DNA from: an uncultured Thermoleophilia bacterium
Lineage (GTDB): Bacteria > Actinomycetota > Thermoleophilia > Miltoncostaeales > Miltoncostaeaceae
Length of the DNA: 64,000 bases
Assembly: GCA_942490795.1 (NCBI GenBank)
Contig: CALNYH010000014.1
Coordinates: forward strand, 79,957 to 143,956
Direction of reading: 5' to 3'
The translations under genes were made by a program, and so were the position numbers. The stretch's first letter is position 1. The number at the start of each line of letters is the position of its first letter. A model generated the notes under the pieces. The model was given only the letters and a program-made list of their open reading frames with translations, was not told the origin of the DNA and made no database searches. Positions 1 through 11,337 of this stretch are shown here, piece after piece.

Positions 1-267
1 GCGGCCGCGATCGTCGCGCGCGTCGTGGACCTCGGGGGCTGGGCGCCGCGGGCGGACGCCGACGACTGGGGGGCGATCGAGGACGCGGCCGTGCTCGACG
101 CCGTCATCTGCGCCTACACCGCGCTCCGTGCCGACGATCCGACGCGCGCCCTCCGCCTCGGGACGCCCGAGCGGGGCGAGATCCTCCTCGCGGCCGACCG
201 CGCCATGCGGATGCGGGGCGCCGTCAACCTCGCACGCCTTCGCTCCGAGGGGCTGACGGGGATCTGA
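1..267 (+). CDS. 3' end of a gene truncated by the window edge; hypothetical (possibly DUF429-like)
   Basis: Frame is open from base 1 to the TGA at 265-267. Composition is non-repetitive (DADDWGAIEDAAVLDAVICAYTAL). The family guess is from memory only. Confidence 0.4.
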   Translation, partial: AAAIVARVVDLGGWAPRADADDWGAIEDAAVLDAVICAYTALRADDPTRALRLGTPERGEILLAADRAMRMRGAVNLARLRSEGLTGI

Positions 268-376
268 CCATCGGTCAGCGCCTTGCCCACACGCTCCCGG
301 AGGGCGATGATCAGGACCGTTTTGGTCATTCGCCCCCCACGGCGCATCCGTGGGGCGGCCGACAAGGAGGATCGCG

Positions 377-586
377 ATGGGAAGCGTCTACCGGATCATC
401 GACGTCATCGGCACCAGCCCCGACAGCTGGGAGGCGGCCACGACCGACGCCCTCGCGACCGCCGGGAAGAGCCTTCGCGATCTCAGGGTCGCGGAGGTCG
501 CCAAGCTGGACGTGACGGTCGGCGAGGGCGGCAAGGTGGAGCTCTACCGGGCCCGCCTGCAGCTCTCGTTCAAGTACGAGGACTAG
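377..586 (+). CDS. dodecin family flavin-binding protein
   Basis: 69-aa product MGSVYRIIDVIGTSPDSWEAATTDALATAGKSLRDLRVAEV...LSFKYED matches the dodecin pattern. AAGGAGG lies 6 nt upstream of the ATG at 377. Confidence 0.8.
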   Translation: MGSVYRIIDVIGTSPDSWEAATTDALATAGKSLRDLRVAEVAKLDVTVGEGGKVELYRARLQLSFKYED

Positions 587-612
587 CCCTCACAGCCGCG
601 ATGGACCCGTGG

Positions 613-635
613 GCGCCGGCAGACGATGCCGGCGT
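613..635. terminator. GC-rich hairpin between convergent genes (possible bidirectional terminator)
   Basis: cgccggca (614-621) pairs perfectly with tgccggcg (627-634) around a 5-nt loop. It sits between the dodecin stop and the DUF3891 stop. There is no clear U-tract. Confidence 0.35.
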
Positions 636-645
636 CCACGGACGG

Positions 646-1428
646 TCAGGGGCGATGGACGACGTATTGAAGCGTGACCGGTGCTGCCGCCGCGATGGCC
701 GCTGACAGGTCGTCAGGGCCGGTGTGGCGCCTGTCGGGGATCACCCGGGCGGCGACCGCGAGCGACACCTCGTCGACCGCGAACGGATAGGGGTCCGCCG
801 ACGCGCCCCATGGCCCGGTTCGGCGGAGCGTGATCGTGACCCCCTCGTCGCCCGGCCATCTGGGCACGCGGGCGAGTGCCCCCTCGCGGCCCGCGAGGTG
901 CGCGCGCCACACCAGGTAGAGGCTGAGCAGGTCGAACGCCTGGACAAGGCGATAGGCGGCCCACTCCCAGTCGGGGTCCGGGCGGAGCCGCTCGCGAAGG
1001 TCGTCCTGCAGCCGCCCTTGCGCCGCGAGGAAGGCGACGACTCCCGCGGGACGCGTGCCGGGGTCCGGTCGCGGCCCGTCGATTCCGAGCCTGCGCTCGT
1101 ACAGGCCGCGCCCGTGCAGGCTGACGAGCAGGCCGGCCAGGGGATCGCGGCGCACGCAGGTCGCGATCCCGTCGTCGTACAGGCCGACGTGCGTTTCACG
1201 ATCGATGTCCACGAAGTCGATCGGGCGCCCGGACCGGTCCACCCCCGGTGCGGCCTCCCACGAACGCCACCCCTCGTCGTGCCAGGCGGCGGCGCCGGCG
1301 ATCGGGCCCCAGGGGGCGGGCCGCGCGAACACCTCGTTGCCCCATTGCGACGCCATCTCCGCGCACTGCGCCTGATGGTCCACCTGACGGACCAGCACCA
1401 ACCCCTCGGGTCGGGAGGAGACGATCAT
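646..1428 (-). CDS. DUF3891 family protein (HD-like motif)
   Basis: Start chosen at MIVSSRPEGLVLVRQVDHQAQ...WHDEGW. The upstream part of the 353-aa ORF is Arg/Trp-rich junk. The remaining 260 aa have realistic composition. Confidence 0.7.
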   Translation of the reverse strand: MIVSSRPEGLVLVRQVDHQAQCAEMASQWGNEVFARPAPWGPIAGAAAWHDEGWRSWEAAPGVDRSGRPIDFVDIDRETHVGLYDDGIATCVRRDPLAGLLVSLHGRGLYERRLGIDGPRPDPGTRPAGVVAFLAAQGRLQDDLRERLRPDPDWEWAAYRLVQAFDLLSLYLVWRAHLAGREGALARVPRWPGDEGVTITLRRTGPWGASADPYPFAVDEVSLAVAARVIPDRRHTGPDDLSAAIAAAAPVTLQYVVHRP

Positions 1429-1450
1429 GCCCGAAGCGTATCCAGTGGCC

Positions 1451-1726
1451 TCAGCCGTCCCGCCCGGGGATGGGGCGCCGATCGGTCTCGCCCAGGGCGT
1501 AGTGGAGCGCGGCGACCCTCGGAACCGGCCAGTACGCGCCGCCCAGCACATCGTGCGCGACCCCCCGCGGATCGAGCGCGAGCTCCCGGCCGTTGTCCAG
1601 GTTGCGGTAGACGTGGACGTCCGCGACCAGCCCCACATACGCGAACCCCGCCGCCACCGCGTCCGGCAGCACCGCGCGCAAGGGCGCGAAGTCCGGATCG
1701 GCGCCACCGCTCACCGGACGGACCAT
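1451..1726 (-). CDS. hypothetical 91-aa protein
   Basis: The ATG at 1726 overlaps the helicase stop by 16 nt (ATGGTCCGTCCGGTGA). Composition is realistic (FAYVGLVADVHVYRNLDNGRELALDPRG). No family recognised. Confidence 0.45.
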   Translation of the reverse strand: MVRPVSGGADPDFAPLRAVLPDAVAAGFAYVGLVADVHVYRNLDNGRELALDPRGVAHDVLGGAYWPVPRVAALHYALGETDRRPIPGRDG

Positions 1727-3783
1727 TCCTCGACCAGCCCCTGCAGGTCGACGTCCAGGAACCCCTGCCCCGAGTTGATCGCCACCGCGTCGGGGCCGGT
1801 GTCCCATGCCCGCCGGGCGGCGATCGGACGGCACAGATAGAGCTCGTCGGCCGCCCGGGTCAGCGCGACGTAGAACAGGCGCTCCTCCTCGTCCAGATTC
1901 CCCTCACTGACGGCCCAGCCCGACGGGAACGCGCCCGATTCGACCTGCAGGACGAACACGACCGGCCATTCGAGGCCCTTCGCCTGGTGCACCGTGGAGA
2001 GCGCGACGCGCCGGGCCGGGCCCGACACGTCCTCGTCCGCCTCGACGCGCTCGGCCAGCTGCATGTCGGCCAGGAAGCCGTCGAGGTCGCTCGCGCGCGC
2101 CGCGAGCTCGGCCAGGCGCGCGAGGTCCGCCTCGCGGTCCTGCCAATTCGGATACCGGGAGACCAGTGAATCCCGATACCACTCGCTTCGGGCGAGCGTC
2201 AGGATGAGCTCTTCGGGGCGCTCGAGTCCGGCGAGCAGGTCGACCAGACCGGCCGCGCGCGCCAACGGCCTCGTCCCGGCCGCCCGCAGCCGCGCGGCGA
2301 CATCCTCGATGCCGGCCGCGCCGACGGCGAGCTCGGCGGCGCGCGCCGCCGAGGCGTCGCCCACCCCGGGCAGGAGCCGCAACACGCGCACCCATGCCAG
2401 CCCGTCGCGCGGGTTGTGCCGGACACGGCACGCCGCGAGGCCGTCCTTGACGTGGGCGCTCTCGACGAATCGCGCGCCCGAGTACAGCTCGAACTCCACC
2501 CCCGCCTCGGCGAGCGCCAGCTGCAGATCCACCGAGTGATGGTGCGCGCGGTAGAGCACGGCGACATCGCCGGCGGCCCGGCCGTCGTTCATGAGGTCGG
2601 CGATCCGTTGCGCCACGAACGCCGCCTCGTCGTGCGCGTCGGCGAGGTGTGCGACCACCGGCGGCGGCCCGCCGTGGGGCCGGACCGCGCGCAGGCGGCG
2701 CTCGTACCGGTTGCCGCCCGGCAGCATGCGCTGTGCCAGCGCCACCACCTCCGGCCGTGATCGATAGTTGCGCTCCAGCCTGACCACGCGCGTGCCGGGA
2801 TCCCTGGCGAAACGATCGACCACGTCCGGGTCGGCCCCGCGCCATGCGTAGATCGCCTGGTCGGGGTCCCCCACCACGAACAGCCCCCCGTCGGGCCCGG
2901 CCAGGAGCTCGGCCAGCTCCGCCTGGATCGGGTTCACGTCATGGAGCTCGTCGACGAACACCCAGTGGATCGCGCCGCGCGCCCGCGGGCCCGCCTCGCG
3001 CAGGAGGCGCCGGCCCTCGACCAGCAGGTCGGCGTAGTCCAGGGCCGCGAGGGCCCGCTTTCGGCGAACGTACTCCGCGGCGATCTCCTCGATCTCCGCC
3101 ACTCGGTCGACGAGCCGGCCGTTGCGCTCCACGACCACCTCGGCGAGCGGGGCGTCCCGTTCCGCCGAGCGCTGGATGAACCCGGCGAGCTCACCGGGGC
3201 GCGGCAGCGAGGGACGCGTTGCGCGCCCGCGCAGCACGTGGTCGCGGGCGAGCGCCACGAGATCGGCCTGGTCTTCGCCGTCCAGCACGGTGAACGGTGA
3301 CGGCAGGCCGATCGCCGCGCCGTGCCGGACGAGCAGGCGCTGGCAGACGGAGTGGAAGGTCCCGGCCGTCATGTCCGAGAGGTCGCTGGCGGCGATCTGC
3401 TGGGCGCGGTTTCGCATCTGCCGCGCGGCGCGGCGCGTGAAGGTCATCAGCGCGACATGGCCGGGTGGCGTCCCGGACTCGACCAGATGCGCGATCGCCC
3501 CGACGATCGTCCGCGTCTTCCCGGAGCCGGCAGCGGCCAGCACGAGCGTGCGACCGCCGAGCGCCTCGACCGCGGCCCGCTGCTCGGGATCCAGGAGCTC
3601 CGCGAGCCGGGGCGACACGCCACCGGCGCTCGTCCGGGGCCGGAGCGCGTAGACGCGCCGACCCCCCGGATCCGCGGCGAGCGGATCACGGGGGGACGCG
3701 GCGTCGCGACTCGCCTTCTGGCGCTCGATGTGGGGCAGGGTGGCCGGCGCGGACTGCCACCGCGGGTAGCCCGGTGGCGTCAC
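1711..3783 (-). CDS. UvrD/PcrA-family ATP-dependent DNA helicase
   Basis: Superfamily-1 motifs are present in order: AAAGSGKT, TFHS, VDELHD, VGDPDQAIYAWRGA, LERNYRS, STVHQAKGLEWPVVFV, EEERLFYVALTRA. The exact start is uncertain. Confidence 0.85.
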   Translation of the reverse strand: MTPPGYPRWQSAPATLPHIERQKASRDAASPRDPLAADPGGRRVYALRPRTSAGGVSPRLAELLDPEQRAAVEALGGRTLVLAAAGSGKTRTIVGAIAHLVESGTPPGHVALMTFTRRAARQMRNRAQQIAASDLSDMTAGTFHSVCQRLLVRHGAAIGLPSPFTVLDGEDQADLVALARDHVLRGRATRPSLPRPGELAGFIQRSAERDAPLAEVVVERNGRLVDRVAEIEEIAAEYVRRKRALAALDYADLLVEGRRLLREAGPRARGAIHWVFVDELHDVNPIQAELAELLAGPDGGLFVVGDPDQAIYAWRGADPDVVDRFARDPGTRVVRLERNYRSRPEVVALAQRMLPGGNRYERRLRAVRPHGGPPPVVAHLADAHDEAAFVAQRIADLMNDGRAAGDVAVLYRAHHHSVDLQLALAEAGVEFELYSGARFVESAHVKDGLAACRVRHNPRDGLAWVRVLRLLPGVGDASAARAAELAVGAAGIEDVAARLRAAGTRPLARAAGLVDLLAGLERPEELILTLARSEWYRDSLVSRYPNWQDREADLARLAELAARASDLDGFLADMQLAERVEADEDVSGPARRVALSTVHQAKGLEWPVVFVLQVESGAFPSGWAVSEGNLDEEERLFYVALTRAADELYLCRPIAARRAWDTGPDAVAINSGQGFLDVDLQGLVEEWSVR

Positions 3784-3805
3784 CTCGCCGTGCCGCCCCG
3801 CGGGC

Positions 3806-4468
3806 TCACGCCCCGCCCTCGAGCTCCTTCAGCCGGTAGTAGGTCAGCGTGACGGCGACCGCGGCGAAGGGCGCGAACACGGCGCCCTGCACGATCGTGG
3901 CGATGAAGCTGGCGAGCCAGTCGGGCAACGGCGCGAGGATGAGGCCGATCACGATCCCCGCGGCGATGACGATCAGGATCGTGAGCACCAGAACGCCGAG
4001 GACGGGCAGGAAGTACCCCTTCACCAACGCCATGCTGCGGCCGAAGCTGGCCGACCAACCGGTGCGCTCGAGCACGATCGCCGGTGCGATGACGTACCAG
4101 ATCGTCGCGAGGATGACGCCGGGCACGATCAGGATCAGGAGGCCGATCCCGATGGCGATGCCGGCGAGGATGCCGGCCACGAGCAGGGCGCCGAGGAACG
4201 GCACCGCCGCGGAGAGGGTCTCGCCGACGCTGAGGTCGACGCGGCCGTCGCGGACGTCGCCGACCGCGGTGACCAGCGCGCCGGTCAACAGGAAACTGCC
4301 GACGATCACCACGATCTGGCCGAGGAGGAGGCCGAAGAGGCCGAGAAACGAGAGGAGGAGGACGATGACCGCCACGACGACGTAGACCGTCAGTCCGACG
4401 CTTGCGAAGTGACCGAAGAACCTCTTGTAGAGGTCCCAGGTCTCGCCGATGATCGCTGTTGGGCTCAT
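3806..4468 (-). CDS. integral membrane protein, unknown function
   Basis: 220 aa with about 5-6 long hydrophobic segments (LTVYVVVAVIVLLLSFLGLFGLLLG...). It lies 22 nt upstream of the helicase gene. Confidence 0.7.
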   Translation of the reverse strand: MSPTAIIGETWDLYKRFFGHFASVGLTVYVVVAVIVLLLSFLGLFGLLLGQIVVIVGSFLLTGALVTAVGDVRDGRVDLSVGETLSAAVPFLGALLVAGILAGIAIGIGLLILIVPGVILATIWYVIAPAIVLERTGWSASFGRSMALVKGYFLPVLGVLVLTILIVIAAGIVIGLILAPLPDWLASFIATIVQGAVFAPFAAVAVTLTYYRLKELEGGA

Positions 4469-4514
4469 GGGTCGGGCAGCCTACGGGGCGGCTCGGACGG
4501 CGCGGTCGTGGCCG

Positions 4515-5327
4515 TCACGCGACCCCTGCGAGGCCGACGTCGGAACGGGCGCGCTCGGCGAGCGCGGCCCGGATCTCCCGGATCCGCCTGCCCTCGGGGT
4601 CGTAGGCGCCGATCCCCACGAGCGCCGCGATCGGGACGGACTCGGTCACCGTCGAGACCACGAGCAGCCCGTCCGCGTCCGCCAGATCGCCGACGCGCGC
4701 GTCGACCTCGCGCACGCCCTCGACGCACTCGAACACCAGGCGGCGCGTGATCGAGTCGAGGATCCCGTGCGCCAGCGGCGGGAAGCGCAACTCCTCTCCC
4801 ACGACCCAGCCGACCGAGAACGTCGGCCCCTCCAGCACGGCCTCGTCGTCCGCCCGAACCAGGAGCGCCTGATCGGCGCCGGCGGCCGCGGCGACGCGAT
4901 TCGCCTGCATGTTGGCCGCGTAGGAGACCGTCTTGCTCGCCGACAGCAGGGGGGTGATCCGATGCGCGACGGGCGCGAGCGTCCAGGGGGCGCCGGTCGC
5001 GGGCAACGGCTCGTCGCGCAGGACGCGCTGCCCGCCGCGGGTGACGATGATGCGCACGCCGACGTCGACGTCGCCGAGTCGCGCCTCGAGGGCCGCGAGA
5101 TCGGCCTCGACCGCCGCGCGATCGAGGTCCATGCCGATGGCGGCGGCGGAGCGCGCAAGCCGGTCCAGATGGCGCCCGGGCGTCCGGACCCGCCCCGCGT
5201 AGGCGCGGAGCCCCTCGAACACGGCGTCGCCGCGCACGAGGCCGTCGTCAAGGCGAAGGACGGCGCCCGCCGGATCGACGACGGCGCCGTCGATCATGAG
5301 AAGACCGGTGTCGGACATGCGAGACAT
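4515..5327 (-). CDS. class IV aminotransferase (branched-chain aminotransferase / ADC lyase family)
   Basis: The N-terminus DDGLVRGDAVFEGLRAY...HLDRLARSA and the 270-aa length are typical of fold-type IV PLP enzymes. Confidence 0.8.
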   Translation of the reverse strand: MSRMSDTGLLMIDGAVVDPAGAVLRLDDGLVRGDAVFEGLRAYAGRVRTPGRHLDRLARSAAAIGMDLDRAAVEADLAALEARLGDVDVGVRIIVTRGGQRVLRDEPLPATGAPWTLAPVAHRITPLLSASKTVSYAANMQANRVAAAAGADQALLVRADDEAVLEGPTFSVGWVVGEELRFPPLAHGILDSITRRLVFECVEGVREVDARVGDLADADGLLVVSTVTESVPIAALVGIGAYDPEGRRIREIRAALAERARSDVGLAGVA

Positions 5328-5380
5328 CGTTGCACGGCCTCATCGGCCGACGACGCCTCCGGCTGAAACGATCGTGTCGA

Positions 5381-5932
5381 TCAGCCGGGGCGGCCGACCT
5401 CGCGGGCGAGCCGCAGCAGACCGATCAGGGTCTTCGCGTCCTCGACGCGCGCGATCAGCGCATCGAGGTCCGCCAGCGGCCAGGGGACGATCTCGATCTC
5501 CTCCTCGGGGATCGGCTCGTGCGCGATCGGCCGCAGGTCGGTGGCCAGGTAGCAATGGATGAACTCGGTCAGGAGGCCCGGCGCGGTGTAGAAGCCCCCG
5601 AGCGAGCGCCAGGTGTCCGCCGCCCGGCCGACCTCCTCGGCGAGCTCGCGGCGCGCGCAGTCGAGGGGGTCCTCGCCGGGGACGTCCAGCTTTCCGGCGG
5701 GCAGCTCCAGCATGTTCCGCTCGACCGCCTCGCGCGGCTGGCGGACCATGAGCACGTGCGCGCCCTCCACCGGGATCATCACGACCGCGCCGTCATGGTC
5801 CATGACCTCACGGCGCACGACGGCACCCGACGGCCGCCGGTAGCGCGAGACGCGCAGCCGGACGACCTCGCCCTCGAAGATGCGCTCGGTCTCGACCGGG
5901 GGGTCGAGCGCGCCCTCGGGCGGCGGGTCCAC
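5381..5932 (-). CDS. NUDIX hydrolase (ADP-ribose pyrophosphatase-like)
   Basis: Nudix box GKLDVPGEDPLDCARRELAEEVG. GTG start at 5932, 2 nt after the M20 peptidase stop. The rest of the 502-aa ORF is in the wrong frame relative to the M20 gene. Confidence 0.8.
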   Translation of the reverse strand: MDPPPEGALDPPVETERIFEGEVVRLRVSRYRRPSGAVVRREVMDHDGAVVMIPVEGAHVLMVRQPREAVERNMLELPAGKLDVPGEDPLDCARRELAEEVGRAADTWRSLGGFYTAPGLLTEFIHCYLATDLRPIAHEPIPEEEIEIVPWPLADLDALIARVEDAKTLIGLLRLAREVGRPG

Positions 5933-5934
5933 GG

Positions 5935-7064
5935 TCAGCGGGCGCGCTCCAGGATGGCCAGGGTGACGTCGACCATGCGCTCGAGCGCCTCCACCGCGAT
6001 GCGCTCGTCGGGCGTGTGCACCGCCTCCATGGCGTTGCACAGATTCACCGCCGGGAACCCGTTGACGAGGAGCGCGTTCACGTCGGATCCGCCGCCGCTC
6101 ACGACGAAGGCGGGCGCGAGACCGAGGGCGTCGAGGGCATCCCAGGCCATGACCACCTGGCGGTCGCGGCGCCCGAGGCGGTAGCCCACGAAGTGACGGT
6201 CGACGCGGGTCTCGAGATCGACCTCCGACTCGCTCGCCGCCCACGTGAGCGCGTCCATCATCGCCGTGAGCTGCGCCGCGTGTCGCGCCTCGTCGACGCT
6301 GCGGGCCTCGGCGGTGACGGTGCACCGATCCGCCACGACGTTCGTGGCGGTTCCGCCGGTGACCGTGCCGATGTTGGCGGTCGTGACCGGGTCGATGCGC
6401 CCGAGCGGCATCCGGGCGATGGCCCGCCCCGCGGCGGTGATGGCGCTTCGCCCCCGCTCCGGCGCGAGGCCGGCGTGGGCGGCCCGGCCGACGAACGTCG
6501 CATCGAGGCTCGACAGGGTGGGCGCGGCCTCGATGATGTCGCCGATGCGGCCGGTGTGGTCGTAGACGAAGCCGACCTCGGCCCGCAGCACCGCCGGGTC
6601 GAACGCGGCCGCCCCCCTGAGTCCGATCTCCTCGCAGGGGGTGAAGACCAACTCGACCCCGGCATGGGGACGGCCCTCCTGGCGCACCCGGTCCATCGCC
6701 GTGATGACGGCGGCGATCGCCGCCTTGTCGTCGCCGCCGAGGATCGTCGGGTGGCGGTTGGTCAGGTGCCCGTCGACGAGCTCGACCTCGATCGGGCCGA
6801 CGTTCGGCACGGTGTCGAGGTGGGCGATGAACGCGACCGGCGTGCCGCCCGGCGCCGTCGCGGGCCAGCGCGCGACGATGTTCCCGCACCCGGCGCCGAT
6901 CCTGGCGGCGGCGTCGTCCTCGCTGACCTCGGCGCCGAGGGCCGCCACCTCGTCGCGCACCATGCGCGCGATGTCACCCTCGTCGCGCGACGGAGACGGG
7001 ATCTCGCACAGGCGCGCCGCGAGACGTGCGACCGACGGGAGGTCGCCGGGCAGGCCGGCGGCGC

Positions 7065-7068
<4 letters not shown>
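5935..7068 (-). CDS. M20 family metallopeptidase (peptidase T / deacylase-like)
   Basis: 377 aa with AHLDTVP, TPCEEIG and GGGSD motifs typical of M20. The GTG start overlaps the pyrG stop (GTGA at 7065-7068). Confidence 0.8.
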
Positions 7069-8708
<1,640 letters not shown>

Positions 8709-8958
8709 CGGCGTCCCCGCAACCTCACGGCCGTGAGTGTACCCGCACCCGCGGTCGCCGTGCGCCCGCGACCCGATCGTGGTCCGCGCACGGCGCGGGG
8801 AGAACCGGGCGCGCCCGGTGAGGGTGTACAAGGGTGCCCATGCGATCGACCCCGTCGGCGCCCGGGCCCCGCCCGCGCACACCACGCGCGACACGTGTCA
8901 GGGCATGAGCACATCGATCGCCAGGTCGTGCGTCGACCACTGTCGCGACCGCGGGGCG

Positions 8959-9153
8959 ATGCGGCGGACGGTCGCGATCGCCCTCATCGTCGGCACCCTG
9001 CTCACGCTGATCAACCTCGGCGACAGGCTGTCGGCGGGGGACCTGGACACGGTCACGCTGGGACGGATCGCCGCCGACTACGCGGTGCCGTGGGTCGTCT
9101 CGAGCGTGGGCTACATCGCGGCCCGGCGGACGGCGGTCGCTCGGGCCGACTGA
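8959..9153 (+). CDS. NrtS-like small membrane protein (putative nitrate/nitrite transporter family)
   Basis: MRRTVAIALIVGTLLTLINLGDRLSAG...YAVPWVVSSVGYIAARR resembles the NrtS pattern as I recall it. An upstream in-frame ATG at 8905 is an alternative start. Confidence 0.55.
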   Translation: MRRTVAIALIVGTLLTLINLGDRLSAGDLDTVTLGRIAADYAVPWVVSSVGYIAARRTAVARAD

Positions 9154-9174
9154 GGCCCCGCGCCGGCGGCGCCG

Positions 9175-11337
9175 TCACCCGCGGCGCGTCGCCTCGACGG
9201 CGGACTTGACCACCTCGCCGAGCGTGGGGTGCACGTGCAGGGCCCGCGCGATGGGGTCGCCGGTCCCGTCCCCCGCCTCCATCGCCACCGCCACGGGATG
9301 GATGAGATCGGCGCCGTGGTACGCCAGCACCCCCGCGCCCAGCAGCCGCCCCGTCGCCCGGTCGGCCACGATCTTCACCATGCCCCGCTCCTCCCCCCAC
9401 GCCCGCGCCTTCCCGCCCGAGAACGTGCCCCGGCCGACCACCACGTCGTGTCCCGCCTCGCGTGCCGCGGCCTCCGTGCTCCCGATCGTGACGAGCTCCG
9501 GATCGGTGAACACCGCCCGCGGCCCGAGGTCGCGCGGCACGTCGTGGACGTCGACGCCGAGCGCGTTCTGGGCGACGCTCGCCCCCTGACGGCGTGCGAT
9601 GTGGGTGAACTGCCCCGAGGCCGGCCCGAGCACGTCGCCCGCCGCCCACACCGTGGGTGCGGTCGTCGTGAGCCGCGCGTCGACGCGCACGCCGTGGCCG
9701 TCGCCGGCGACACCGGCGGCTGGGAGCCCGAGCGCGTCGACGGCCGCGGACCGCCCCGTCGCCACCAGCAGCGCATCGCCCTCGAGCACGCGCGGGCCGT
9801 CCGGTGCGAGGATCCGCATCCGCACGCCGTCGCCGGCCGGCTCGACGCCCTCGATCCTGGCACCGGTCAGGATCCCGATCCCCTCCTCGGCCAGCAGCTC
9901 ACCCAGTCCGTCCGTCAACTCCTCGTCGGCGTCGGGCATGAGCCGCGGCGCGACCTCGACGAGCGTCACCGACGCGCCCAGCCGGCCGAGCGCCTGTCCG
10001 AGCTCGAGCGCGATCGGCCCCGCCCCGATCACGAGCAGCCTCGCGGGGAGCTCGGAGCTCGCCAGGACGTCGTCGCTCGTCATGTGCGGCGTCGAGTCGA
10101 GTCCCGGGATCGGGACGGTCGCGGGCTCCGCGCCCGTCGCCACGATCACCGCGGGCGCCGACACGGCGCGGCCGTCGACACGTACGGTGCGCCCGTCCTC
10201 GAAGGACGCCTCGCCCAGCACCAGCTCGAGGCCCTCGAGCGACTCCAGGTACGCCCGGGCACCCGCCGAGCCGCGGTCGATGATGCCGCGGACACGATCC
10301 ATCACCGCGGCGAAGTCGACCTCGACCTCGCCCACGCGGATGCCGAACTCGCCGGCGCGCCGCACCTCGTGCGCGGCCTCGGCGCTTCGAATGAGCGCCT
10401 TCGTCGGGATGCAGCCGCGCGTCGGGCAGGTGCCGCCGACGCGCCCGCGCTCGATCAGGGTGACGCGCCGACCGGCGGCGACCGCGCGCGCGGCGGCGTT
10501 CATCCCGGCCATGCCCGCCCCGACGACGATCAGATCGGTGTCGTGGGTGGGCCGTCGCCCCTCGGTCCGCGGCCGGTCACGCGGCGGATCGCCGGCGCTC
10601 ATCCCCTTCACGACCCGCGCGAGCGCGGCCGGCACCTGCGACCCGCGCCGGCAACTCGTCTCCGCGCCGCTCCCTCCGACCAGCACAAGTGATCCGTCGT
10701 CGCGGCGGATCACCTGCCCCTCGCGCTCCAGGTGGGCCAGGGCCTGCGTCGCCCCGGGCCTCGTGACGCTCGCGACGCGGGCGAGGTCGCGGTGACGCAC
10801 CGGCCCGATGCGGACACCGTCCGCGGTCACACGGCCGTCACGCGCCGCGAGCGCCCGGAGCGCCAGCAGCACACGGTCCTCGACGCGTCGATGGGCCAGG
10901 CGGAGCGCCGCCGCCTGGGCCTCCTCGACGCGACGCACGCTCTGCTCCAGCAGTCCCGCCAGCACCGACGGATAGCGGACCAGCTCCCGCAGGTGGGCGT
11001 GATCGAGCGGACAGACCCAGGAGTCGCGGACCGCGTGCATCACGACCGCGTCCTCCTCCAGGCCGCCGGGCGGACAGGTCAGGACCTCGCCGTCCGCGGC
11101 CTCGGCGAGGACGATCTCGCGACCGTCCTCGGTCGTCGCGACCATCTCGACGAGCCCCGACTTGACGAGCGAGAGCCCGGCCGAGCCGGTGTGGAGCGGA
11201 CCCGAGGATCCCGCGTCCCACTTCGCCATGGGGCCCCGCATGAGCACGGCCATCGCGCCCTGGCGCTCCAGCGCCGACAGCCCGGCCAACAGGTCCGTGG
11301 CCCCCAGGCGCCCGGCCACGACACCCCGCCGGCTCAC
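9175..11337 (-). CDS. in-frame fusion of a Crp/FNR-type module (cNMP-binding-like domain plus wHTH) with a class I pyridine nucleotide-disulfide oxidoreductase
   Basis: There is no stop between the regulator part (LLAGLSALERQG..., RHRDLARVASVTRPGATQALAHLEREGQV) and the reductase. The reductase has VVGAGMAG, GGTCPTRGCIPTK, VIGAGPIALE and HVHPTLGE. GTG start at 11337 in a GTGA overlap with the upstream zinc-ribbon ORF. An internal ATG at 10602 could also yield a stand-alone 475-aa reductase. Confidence 0.7.
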   Translation of the reverse strand: MSRRGVVAGRLGATDLLAGLSALERQGAMAVLMRGPMAKWDAGSSGPLHTGSAGLSLVKSGLVEMVATTEDGREIVLAEAADGEVLTCPPGGLEEDAVVMHAVRDSWVCPLDHAHLRELVRYPSVLAGLLEQSVRRVEEAQAAALRLAHRRVEDRVLLALRALAARDGRVTADGVRIGPVRHRDLARVASVTRPGATQALAHLEREGQVIRRDDGSLVLVGGSGAETSCRRGSQVPAALARVVKGMSAGDPPRDRPRTEGRRPTHDTDLIVVGAGMAGMNAAARAVAAGRRVTLIERGRVGGTCPTRGCIPTKALIRSAEAAHEVRRAGEFGIRVGEVEVDFAAVMDRVRGIIDRGSAGARAYLESLEGLELVLGEASFEDGRTVRVDGRAVSAPAVIVATGAEPATVPIPGLDSTPHMTSDDVLASSELPARLLVIGAGPIALELGQALGRLGASVTLVEVAPRLMPDADEELTDGLGELLAEEGIGILTGARIEGVEPAGDGVRMRILAPDGPRVLEGDALLVATGRSAAVDALGLPAAGVAGDGHGVRVDARLTTTAPTVWAAGDVLGPASGQFTHIARRQGASVAQNALGVDVHDVPRDLGPRAVFTDPELVTIGSTEAAAREAGHDVVVGRGTFSGGKARAWGEERGMVKIVADRATGRLLGAGVLAYHGADLIHPVAVAMEAGDGTGDPIARALHVHPTLGEVVKSAVEATRRG

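Noticed and set aside
724-2169. Long plus-strand ORF (481 aa) overlapping the DUF3891 and helicase genes. Similar long shadow ORFs occur at 7026..9209, 12924..14771, 16706..18664, 20263..22125, 24982..27909 (975 aa), 43045..44769, 57649..59178 and 61078..63357.
   Set aside because: All lie antisense or out of frame to genes with clear family motifs and are dominated by Arg/Pro/Gly/Ala. This is typical of stop-poor shadow frames in very high-GC DNA. No motifs were recognised.
5381-6889. 502-aa ORF that could be read as a single large gene.
   Set aside because: Only the last 183 codons (NUDIX) are protein-like. The upstream part is out of frame within the M20 peptidase gene and Arg/Gly-rich. 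The same reasoning trims the N-terminal extensions of ORFs 7065..8894, 19386..20900, 20389..23148, 22092..23510, 23006..24343, 28868..29650, 34084..35148, 37366..38793 and 44104..45723.
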